Source: Octopus bimaculoides
Taxonomy: Eukaryota
DNA length: 64,000 nucleotides
Direction: 5' to 3'
Assembly: GCF_001194135.2 (NCBI RefSeq)
Contig: NC_068987.1
Span: 27,312,575 to 27,376,574 of the forward strand
Below are positions 52,972 through 64,000 of the stretch, piece by piece; within the stretch, counting starts at the first letter, position 1, and every line of letters starts with the position of its first letter. The notes under the pieces are model-generated. The model was not told where the DNA came from and made no database searches. It was given only the letters and a program-made list of their open reading frames with translations. The translations under genes were made by a program, and so were the position numbers.

Positions 52972-54291
52972 TGAATAATTCTTAGTTCTTTGATTTCCTG
53001 TAAAGCATTTTAGTACTTTATTTATTGCATTTCACTCATTTTTTACATCTAATATTTTGCGAATTTTTAATTGTTTCTTAAATATTCACTTTGCTTAGGT
53101 AATATAGTCTATCAATTGCTACTAATTAAAAAATCTATAATTATAAAACACTGACGTCTTTAAACCAAAGACATCTTCCCAAAATTACACCGTTTTGCTT
53201 ACTTTGAAGCCCTGCTTCAGTATTATTATGAATTCGATTGAATATCGAGAACGTTTTGAAGCCAATTATCTAACACGAAAATGTGGTGATGTGTCTACTC
53301 GTAGCGCTTATAAGTAGCATTAAATATCATTAAAATACCTGAATGCTTATATTTAGTTAGGCAATCGCGAGTTCTTATCCTATTAATTATTTAGAATGGT
53401 TTGCAGATTGACTACAATATATGGAGTTACAGTTCATTATATTTGATATCTTGGAATATTATTAGTAAATGTTCTGACGGTTAGATGGCAAAACCAGTAT
53501 GAAGTCAAGGAAAATACATTTTATCACTTTCGCAGTTTTTACATTCTGAAAGCAAAATCTTCGCAGAAGTAAGCTTTACTTTTATCCCTCCTAAACCGAT
53601 GATATAAAGTATTAGTTAAGTACTGCGTTCATTAAATTAAATAAGCACCTCCTCTAAACAAGTTTCCTGGCCGTGTGTCTAAATCAGTAACAATATTTCG
53701 GTCGCTTACATCATTTTTAAAATTCTACTGTGAACTACTATGACATTATATAACATACACATAACTGCATGCATACATACATACATACAAACATACATAC
53801 AAACATACATACATACATATTTATTAAAGCTGCAAAGACATCTCAAAAGCTGCTGCGCAGAGTTTCACTTTCATGGTCGTCTGTCAGTTTTGGTTGAGAA
53901 TCAAAACTGTCCGACTAACGGGTACTTGAAACTCTGATGAACAGTTTTTGAGATGTCTTTGCAGCTTTATAAATAAAGGATATCATTCTACCTCCGGTAT
54001 TCGACTATTATTTTTCCCACCTTATTTCACACCTATGTGTTTACTCTGGTACATACATTTATATATATATNNNNNNNNNNNNNNNNNNNNNNNNNNNNNN
54101 NNNNNNNNNNNNNNNNNNNNNNNNNNNNNNNNNNNNNNNNNNNNNNNNNNNNNNNNNNNNNNNNNNNNNNNNNNNNNNNNNNNNNNNNNNNNNNNNNNNN
54201 NNNNNNNNNNNNNNNNNNNNNNNNNNNNNNNNNNNNNNNNNNNNNNNNNNNNNNNNNNNNNNNNNNNNNNNNNNNNNNNNNNNNNNNNNNN

Positions 54292-54324
<33 letters not shown>

Positions 54325-56390
54325 AGTTATGCATGAATTTATGTGCATGAGTATTTAGGTGTATATACATATATATAAGTTCTTGTGTGATATTAATTCT
54401 TCTGGCTAATTAAGAAACTCCTATTTATTGTAAAGTAGAAGGAGAGAGCTCTTAGATGTAGACAAAACTTAACAAGTTACTATTTCAGTTATACACAAAA
54501 ATTTGAACATCATGTGTACAGTGTTTTGTTTAGTTCCCCTCATAGCTGAATATATAAATTATATTATAATTTCAATACAAGTAAATTGTGTCTGAAATAT
54601 TTCAACAATATTATTCAAACAGAGATATATTCTACATTATTTTCATTTTATATTTACCAAAAATGCAACTGTATCTCATTCGAATAACTATACTACTGTG
54701 TCACTTGAGAGCAGTTGCGCAGTAGATGAGTATTTCTGTCCTCAATTCCTATATGTAGTTCAGTCTGTATTTTTGATAGTGCACTGAGCGTTTATATAGT
54801 AAAGGGTTTCCTTTAAATCTAAAAATGAAGAAAAGACGACCAAGTGAAATATATCAAAGGCCTTACACATTATTATGCTAATATTTTAAATAAAATAGTT
54901 CAATATTTGTTTTGAAAACATAAACAGAATTTATGTATGTACATCATACACAACAAAAGAAGCCCATTATCTCCGCAAATATAAGTATCACCCTCTTCTT
55001 TGAATTTAAAGCGTTCTCTTAACTCATGACATCGCAATCTTGCACAAATTTGCACATTCTCTTTCAGCAATATTTGATAATTTTGCTTGCCACCTGATGT
55101 TGTTGTAGAACAATGCTACTATTTAACCAATAATGGAGTACAAAGAAGACAGGCAAACTAATTACATCACATTTCTTAATATTTAATGTACACTAGAAAA
55201 TTCTTATTTCACACAAAAATATAACTAGCAATAATTTGTAGAAATATAGTCTTAGATGTATTAATGTATTTCCCAATGTGAAATAACTAATTACATAGAT
55301 ATAGTATATTTTGTGGCATAATAAACTTTGTAATTTCATTTTATCATAATTGTCAAATGAAGAACTTTTGAAGTGATGGGTGATGTAGAAATTAGTACTG
55401 AAGCAAAACCATCACTGTCCATTTAGGGTATGTATCTGGAAGCATCATTTAACTTTTATGAAGTAATTATAACTACATGATTATAATTAGTGATACTCCT
55501 CACAGTACTTTATTATATAATACTATTGATTTCACTACTAGGTCATCAATTCACTATAATTAGTAGTGCCATATTTTTTATGTTGTACTATTAGATAAAA
55601 AGTAGAAAAAAATGATGCATCGCTTAGTATTTTATCTTACAGACCATGACGATTCTAATTTTATGCTCAAAAGTTCATCGTTTTGATGTTTATATAAATA
55701 CAGTTGTACAAAATATTTCGAAAGACATTTAAATCTTTTTGAAGTACATTAAGATCGGATGTAAAGTGAATACGGTTGAATAAATATTTAGAATTATGTC
55801 GTCCCCTAAAGTCATCGGGAGCCTATATCATAATTTGTTACTTCATCCCGTCCAATATAATAATTTTAATTACAATGGAACATGATGAAAATGCATTAGG
55901 TAAACGGGTGTAAGACATAATCGTCAAGTCTTAACATTCGTCAATTATATGATACACTTTTGCTGAATAAATCTAAAACTAAATACATGTAACCATATAA
56001 CTGGCAATTTAGTCAGATTATCTAAATTGCACTGAAAACTCTATGCTTATAATACAATATCAATGACTCTAATAATAGGCTAAATGGATCATAACACGAT
56101 TATTATTTAATAATAATAAATTCGAAAGTCAAACCGTGTTCATAAATTCACAGCAGTTTGTGTCAAAAGAACGGTTGTAGATGGAAATGTGCTTAATATA
56201 TCATTATGTGCTAATGTTGTCATTACAGTAAATACGTCTTTCATTCACAGTAGGGGTACGATGTTGATTACGTTACAGTGAAGTTTGATTCCTAAGATCA
56301 ACGAGGAATTTCCTGTTTTGTAATATAGAGTGACTATCTCGATCCATTACAGTGTCATTTAATAATACGCAATAATTTCAAGAAATATTA

Positions 56391-56606
56391 TAAAATTTTG
56401 GCGCAAGGCCAGCAGATTTGGGGAGGGAGTGAAGCCGATTATATCGATATCAGTGTTCAACTGATACTTATTTTTTACCGACCACAAAAGGATGAATGAA
56501 AATGTCGACCTTGGCTGAATTTGAATTCGTAGCGGAAAGACGGACGAAATGCCGCTAATAATTTTCCCCGGTGCGCTAACGATTTTGTTAGCTCGACGCT
56601 TTGTAG
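56391..56606 (-). mobile_element. Monomeric family A SINE with 15-bp TSD
   Basis: TTTCAAGAAATATTA at 56376-56390 and 56607-56621. The body is homologous to 8527-8723. Confidence 0.85.
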
Positions 56607-56752
56607 TTTCAAGAAATATTAATATAGATATTCGTATAAAAACAAAGCATAGAAAATTTAGTATTATGATAATTTGTCTGCAAAATGCTAGCTGAATTTA
56701 TTAGTACTTTTTGTCCTATATGCATAATGATCTTAATATAAATTTAAAACTG

Positions 56753-56787
<35 letters not shown>

Positions 56788-57015
56788 TTGATTGAGGCAT
56801 AAAAATTTCATGCAAAAATGCGGACACCTATATATGTATGTGTGTATTGGAATGGCTAGTAAGGATCGCATGATCGCCAGAATGAAAGAAATAGCAAAAT
56901 CTTGTTAAATAAACAGGTGCAAAATAAAAACGTTAACTCATAATATTTATCGTCTATATGATATAGGAATTTTTCCGACTAACCTCAAAAGAAATAACAT
57001 ATAACAATATAATTA

Positions 57016-57164
57016 GGGCGCAAGTTGTTACAACTCCGTGATTACATATTGAACAGATTCATTCCCACTGTGTGGCACTATGGGCAAGTATCTTCTACAA
57101 TAACCTCGGGGCAGTCAAAACCTTGTGGGTGGATTTAGTAAACGGAAACTGAAAGAAACCCGTC

Positions 57165-57208
<44 letters not shown>

Positions 57209-57425
57209 ATGTATGTATGTATTTGTATGTCAGTGTTTGTCCCCCGTCATCGCTTGACAACCGACGTTGGTGTGTTTGTGTCCCCGTAACTTAGTGGTTT
57301 GTCAAAAGAGACCTATAGAATAAGTATTAGGCTTACAAAGAATAAGTCATGGGGCCAATGTGTTCGACTAAAGGCGGTGCTCCAGCATTGCCGCAGTAAA
57401 TGATTGAAACAAGTAAAAGAATAAA
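57016..57425 (+). mobile_element. Near full-length SINE family B with internal (TA)n
   Basis: Decayed head, CCCACTGTGTGGCACTATGGGCAAG..., central (TA)n, and tail GACTAAAGGCGGTGCTCCAGCA...GAAACAAGTAAAAGAATAAAA. Shared with the 2473-2625 copy. Confidence 0.8.
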
Positions 57426-57933
57426 ACAATATTAAATTCACGGGGTCTTGAAACATGAAGAAATGAAGAGGATTTCTAAAAAAGAGATTCCACTGTAATA
57501 TTTCAACGGTTTTATGAAAAGCATAGAGAGAAATGGAGATGATAGGCAAAGAAGAACAAAAGAAAAACGTTTTAGTAGAAGAGAGAAACATGACAGAGTT
57601 GAAAGGTGGAAAATCAAACAAGACATTTGACTTTCAATTAAAGAAGCTTTCAATGAAATATAACAATCATGGGCCTGAAATCTGAAAGTATCCCCGAAAC
57701 TAAGGGGAAAATTTAATTAAGGGCAAAACAAATGTAAACAGATGAATAAAGATAGCACAAAGTAAAGAAAAGGAAAATGAAGGAAGGCCGAAATTTTAAG
57801 TTGCATGTATTATCGAAATGGTGTAAAGAATTTAAGAACAATATCAGATATTTTGCTGAAAAAATGCTATGTTCTTAAGTGTTCCAAATATAATAATAGC
57901 TAGTATAATGGTGTTTATAATGAAAACGATATA

Positions 57934-58309
57934 AACAAGAGCACTCAGAGAGCGCAAAACTCCGCAAAGCCAACTCCAATGTCCTCTCAACGATTAGCCG
58001 GAGAGGATTTATAAAATCAGAATATCTGTAATAAACTCGACTTCTCTCACCAACGAGAAAACTAAAAATGAAACCGACCGCTCTCAAATATTAAGTCAAA
58101 AACCGGAAAAATAATCCAGAATCCTTGTCCGGAACTCAATCAACCCTCAAAATTAATCAGTTCGTTCCAGTCACGAGGCCAAACATCCCTAACAGTTTCA
58201 TTCGAATCCATCTAGCTATTCCTGAGATATCTCGTCCACGGACAAACAAACAAAGAAACAAACGCGACTGAAAAACAATACCTCTACCTTTACATAGGCG
58301 GAGGTAATA
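57934..58309 (+). mobile_element. Non-autonomous Helentron/DINE-like element
   Basis: 5' AACAAGAGCACTCAGAGAGCGCAAAACTCCGC is partly inverted to the 3' GGCGGAGG. (AAAC)n lies near 58243-58263, and there is an imperfect 3' stem-loop ACCTCTACCT-ttacat-AGGCGGAGGT. No coding capacity. Confidence 0.5.
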
Positions 58310-58317
58310 ATGACCCT

Positions 58318-58639
58318 TTCTGCTACAGGCACAAGACCTGCAAATTTGAAGGAGGAAAGTAGACAAATCAACACCATCTCTGCCCAATAGGTTCTTATAT
58401 CATCGAAAACGAAGGAGTAAAGTCTAATACAACTTCGGCAGATCTTCTACAGAGAATATAAAGACGGACGAAATGTGAATTTTCTCAAGCTGCGTTTAAT
58501 ATTAATGATGATTTCAAATTTTTGCCACAAAGGCAGCTTCGGGAGGGGATTAAGTGGCTTACATCGACTCCAGTGTTTCACTGGTACTTAATTTATCGAC
58601 TCCGAAAGGATGAAAGGCAAAATCGACCTCAGGGGAATT

Positions 58640-58677
<38 letters not shown>

Positions 58678-58698
58678 CATAATAATAATAATAATAAT

Positions 58699-58739
<41 letters not shown>

Positions 58740-58855
58740 TATTAATAATGGCTTTAAATATTGGCAGAGGGTAAGACGATTTTATTGATCCCTAGTACTT
58801 AACTATTCTTATTTTATTCACCCCGAGAGGATGAAAGGCAAAGTCGATCTGGGCA
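58318..58855 (-). mobile_element. Cluster of three family A SINE fragments with an (AAT)n array
   Basis: Fragments at ~58318-58480, ~58518-58642 and ~58750-58855, all on the minus strand. (AAT)n at 58643-58750. Confidence 0.7.
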
Positions 58856-58989
58856 AGAAGAAGAAGGAAGAGGAGGGGAAGAGGATGTGGAGAGGGAGGA
58901 GAAGAAAAAGAAGAAGGCAAAAATTCTTTCATTTGCAGCTAGCAAACAATGTGGGGGACATTGAAATGATATACAGGAAGTGTAGGAAC

Positions 58990-59400
58990 ATCAACGTGAA
59001 TGAAAATATGAAGGACTATATGAATACAAAAAGATAAAGCGTGTGAGTAGAATCAGTAAAAAGAGGTCCAATGCATGGCTACTATTGCTCTGGGTATTAC
59101 TAAATAATCTCATACTATCAGAGAAATCAAGAGGGAGAATGAAATGATCAAGTGCCTGATACACAAGAAGTGATATGATAATGAGCCATTGTATTGGATT
59201 TTGAAAAGCCCCTTGTCGCACAGGGTAGGTGGAAAGATTAACGTTTTTATGCTTTTTATAAAAATCGATGAGACAATGGGAAGTATAACTAAAGATAATC
59301 GAATGATTAGGTAATGTGAAAATCAAGAGAATAATTCGGGAAGAATCACTCCTCTCATTATTGTGTTGATTTCCTGAACAAGAGCACCGAAGAAGTCCAG
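58990..59400 (-). mobile_element. Decayed apurinic-like endonuclease (APE) domain of a CR1-like LINE
   Basis: The minus ORF contains GAFQNPIQWL (compare GDFNxHxxxWL) and HALDLFL (compare LDLFLT) at APE-typical spacing. Confidence 0.5.
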
Positions 59401-60060
59401 ACAATCAGGCTTACTAGGGAAAACATATTTCAATCTGCTAACCAAAGGTGTTGTTATATCCCCTATCCCTGGATTTCCTCTACACATGTGACACAAGTCA
59501 AGAACTTAAATGTTATACAGCTGATATTTAAAACCATTCGTCAGGTGCTCCGACGTATTGAGTAACACACTACTGCAAGAAAATAGCAGCAAATAAAATT
59601 AGCCGATCACGATACATCCTCTAAAACGTAGTTTAGTTCAGGAAAATAAAGAATGCTGGAAGAGTACCATACTGTGTTTCTTACAAGATCACTATGAACA
59701 GATAACTATTTTTACAGACATACACACATATACATATACACGCACACCTATATATGTAACATTATGCGATGAAGTGATTTCTGATGATCCGTTGCGGCGA
59801 AGCAGCCAGATGCACTTGAAAATCCCTTCCAGAGTTCCAAGAAGTCACAATGAGGAAATGTAGATAGGACCTAATAATATAAACTTGCGTTTTCTTCTAC
59901 GCTTGCTATCTATCTCATAGACAGTATTACTATTAAATATAGTAGTTCCTTGACCACTAGCACACTGGACGATGTTTAACAGTAGCAGTTGTACATCTAT
60001 TTGTACACACAGGATACACTGCATGTGTGTGCGCGTGCGTGTTTATAGATATATATGTAT

Positions 60061-60103
<43 letters not shown>

Positions 60104-61295
60104 TGTACACAATCACAAAAAATCAGCCAGTGGAAGATACCAAATTAACCGAAATTGGCTGCATTTGCATATGCAATTTATCGGTCAACTTATGCACATT
60201 TGACGGCGTTCTTCGTCTCGACGTTATGAAAAGTAATGCTTTTAACCGATATAGACAGTTATCTGATATGGAATTAAGTGAATTTCTGAGTGTGTGTACG
60301 TGCGTATGTGTATGTGCGTGTGCGTATGTGCGTGTGTGTGTCGGCGTGTGTGAGTTTGTTTTCTCTTATGTATGAGATACGACTAATTTAAAAGTTAAGA
60401 TATGTCTTGTGAATGTTAATAATAATGACGTCCAATATCATTGAGAATTGTTTATAGTTTCACTTTTTCAAAAAAGTATTAAATAATGCGTTTAGTTAAA
60501 GCGTATTCTCATTCGTGTCTTTAATTTCCTTCCTCGTGGCGATGATACAGTATCAAATCTTGCTGTTAATAACAAAGTCATTAATATCCTAAACATAGCT
60601 GGATTACATTCCTCCCATTGTTTTGCAGCCGATTACATGAATTAGATTACTAACAAAATGTCAAATCTCTATCAAGGATGAAACAGAAGCTATTATGTGG
60701 AAAATTGCTGTTCAGTTAATCATCCGTTTAATTATATTTCCTGCACAATTTTTCGCAAGTTTGCAAGTTTATTCTACCGCATAGACAGCTAGTATTTTGG
60801 TAGTAGGCATCAAACAATTACTTAATCATCTATTCAAAAACAGATTACTTATGGCGATGGCTTTAGCTGTGATTGCTATACGCATAGTGACGTTGACTGC
60901 TGTAGTTATCTGGATAGCAGTGCTGAACGCACGGTGATTAGAATTCAAACAATATCTATCTTATTTTCGAGAATAAAATATCGATCAAAGCTAGGTTTCA
61001 AAATAATCTGTGTTTATGGTGAATTAAATTACACAGATACTCACTGTAGTATTGTTTATCGTTCTACAGATCAAAGAAACCGCATATGCATCAATTGTAC
61101 ATATTTGTTTAATTATGTGATTTGTAAATCCCCTTTTGAAAACTAAATATTATAGAAATGTAATTGGTTGCAATGACACAGGAAACAATGATATATTTAA
61201 TATATGTGTGCATCATATTTGATATATTTATGAATACACATATATAAAGGTATGCGAATATATTCGTGTAACTTTGTGTGTGTGTGTGTGTGTGT

Positions 61296-61356
<61 letters not shown>

Positions 61357-63141
61357 AATCAAAAGCAGAAACATAACTGAGAAAGAAATTGATCAAGAGA
61401 CAATATGAGAATTATAATTTACAGTTTGTAGTCACTGAAAGGTAACTGAGAACCATTAGGAAGTAAGAACTGTAGGTTGTAACGCAAAGTCTGATACTAC
61501 GGAAACCTGTTAGAAACAGACGATGCATATCTTATAAGATTATACTTACAAGATATTAATATGCATCAGTAATCAAAGGCAGAATGGCTTCAAAAATATA
61601 AACAACTCGGGTAAAACGGCGACCTGAGCAATAGGTGCGTTTGGTGGCTATGTTACAAATCAAATTAGCTGAATAGTTATACACAATAGCATTATATATA
61701 TTTCTAAACATATAACAAAACACATAAAATTACGCATATACACCAAGCATACAACGCTACACGTATAGTACGCTCTTCAACACACAACCTACTTGTCATA
61801 CAGCATTACACATAACTGCACAAAACCTGTTATATATAAATACACGCAAGTATACACGTATACACCGTACAATTGCATGAATAACAGTCATTCACACACC
61901 AATACATACATCACCAATTACGAATCACAGTACTACACATACAAGTTTAAGGTGTATATTGTCATATGTACACCTTTATGCACAGGATTACATATACACA
62001 CAGCTAGATGCAGAAGTATACCCTTTACACAATCTCTTGACTTCTAGTTATCGTAGGCAACATAACTTGAAATTAAACCTAGATTTCTGACACCTACTAT
62101 GCATAAAAAGCCATCACACATCCTACTATATTCACACAACACACACGTGAAACTAGTGTACAAAAAAAAACAAAACAAAAAAACGTATGAATATGAAGCT
62201 GAAAGAACTATTCATCGGTGTTTCATAGTACCAAATATGACCGTCAAAATTCAATGCCTAAACTTTATTGTCGCTGAATGCGTTTCATTATACTTTACTG
62301 CTCGCAATATATCGCTTTTTACTTGTTGACATTTAGGAAAAATGCATATTTTTAATTTATCAGTGTTGCAGGCCTAAGCAACCTGTATGGTAGTTTTAGC
62401 ATACACCTATTTAAATAAGGAATTCTACTGTAATTGTCGTTTAGAATATATCGGTGCTACGTCTTCTTCACTGATAACTTTGTTTCGGGAAGTTCCTGCT
62501 CTTTTAGTTTCCGTCAATTAGTTCAGGGGTAATTTTTTCGAATTTTTACGTAAAACGCGATCCACGTATACACAAATTGTGGAAAATACATTCGCAGCTG
62601 AAAAAGATTTTATATGAGTTTCAAGCTCGTTCCGATCAGCAACGTCAGGTATTCCAGTAACATGAAAAGTAAAAGATGACAGAATATTTGATCAAGACAG
62701 AAAGCATTTCATGCATCTGCTCTGCAAATGTTTATTAACTTAACATGGAATTCATTACTGAAATCTATACAAAAGACTGATGTATTTATCACCTAACATA
62801 TGGCTCATAAAATGCTAGAATATTACCTCTACATTCCTTAAATTATCAATTCTATTCTATATCAGCTTTTATTTATTCGATATATTATCCACAAACATAC
62901 TCATTCGTATCACAGTTGATACTAGAAGCCATTCCTTGGAAAGCTCTTCACGTACACATATTATTCAAATATTTCTTCAGAACAGACGAAGCAATTAATG
63001 TAGTCGACTAATTTCATTCAGGCAAATATAATGCGAGTTATACGAATGAGAAAATCGGTGGCATACACTTTCACGCGCGCGCGCACACACACACACACAT
63101 GTATATACACGTGTGCGTGTATGTGGTCCATCTTCCTGCAG

Positions 63142-63282
63142 AGTACAGTCGAATAGATAGATGGGGAGTGACACCGTTTTAGTCCGATGCTCGTGATAGT
63201 TGCGGCAGCTCCAGAACTGCGATGCACATTATTCTTCGCGACCGTTGTTCTGTAGAGAGTATATGGTTGAGATCATTATCAG
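63142..63282 (+). other. Candidate exon with one in-frame TAG (or a shorter exon from 63183)
   Basis: Acceptor CATCTTCCTGCAG| and donor CAG|GTACGT bound 141 nt. The frame reads YSRIDRWGVTPF*SDARDSCG...LRSLS, with TAG at 63180-63182. Confidence 0.25.
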
Positions 63283-64000
63283 GTACGTTACAGATTGATT
63301 TGTTGAAGCTGGTTATCTAATAGCCATGCGGGAATGTTACTTCAGAGCTACAATCAAGAAGAGAGTGTCGTGTGACAGTCAGAACAATACCCATGAAATG
63401 GTTTCCGAATTTAGGGCTTCTTGACTTTGTTCAGTAGTTATTTGAGCAGCTGTTATTTGTTTACCTAAAACGTGGTGATTTTTGCTTTATATTTACTGTT
63501 TTAGGGAACGCACTAGTCTCTCTAATGAACGTGTGGTATAAACGATTGAAAAAAATGTTAAACTATTTCTAGCGCTTAGCTTAAATAACTGCAGTTAAAA
63601 GTCCCATGTGTGTGCGCTTGTGTGTACATGCGTTTGTGTTTGTCTGTGCGTGTGTAAGAATGCATGTTTGTGTGTGTGTTTTGAATGCTTGTGCTGTCAT
63701 TTAAGCTAACACATACGCACACGCGCGCGCATGCACGTCCTCGCACACATTCTTTCTCTGCCATTCTCCCCTTCTTTATTCGAATTTGCTGTGTTAACAC
63801 AACATGTTTAAATGACAGTTGTGAACATTTAAGAACCAAATAATTAATTTTCATTCACTTGAGATTTTTCTGCAAGTTTTTTTTCTGTAGCTATTTATTA
63901 TAGTTACGCACGGCAAATAGTGTGAAAGTAACATCTCTTTTCAAACTATTTTGACCACGGTTTAGTAAGAACAAATCACTCACTAAAGCAGTATATATAT

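Noticed and set aside
59780-59812. CTGATGA-TCCG-TTG-CGG-CGAAGC as a hammerhead
   Set aside because: GAAA is replaced by GAAG and no stem I or III partner is present.

Overview
This is AT-rich, microsatellite-dense eukaryotic non-coding DNA with 12 assembly gaps, most of them flanked by (TA)n. The repeat content looks like an Octopus scaffold (inference from tRNA-derived SINE types and microsatellite load, not database-checked). No complete host gene is recognisable, and most listed ORFs are microsatellite or N-gap artefacts. There are a few exon-like candidates of unknown product. The rest is layered mobile DNA: tRNA-derived SINEs (several with exact target-site duplications, TSDs), Tc1/mariner MITEs, a mariner transposase pseudogene, foldback elements, a Helentron/DINE-like element, and remnants of CR1-like, RTE-like, R4/Dong-like and Penelope (GIY-YIG) retroelements. 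The standout is at 50683-52175. It is a TSD-flanked palindromic unit of two back-to-back arms, each made of a tRNA-like Pol III head, an (AAT)n linker and a tail carrying a minimal Penelope-type hammerhead ribozyme motif. It sits inside an old R4/Dong-like LINE and was later hit by a younger Dong-like LINE in its (TTA)n linker. A solo copy of the hammerhead tail with its own TSD lies at 45491-45662. All protein and RNA assignments come from motifs read by eye.
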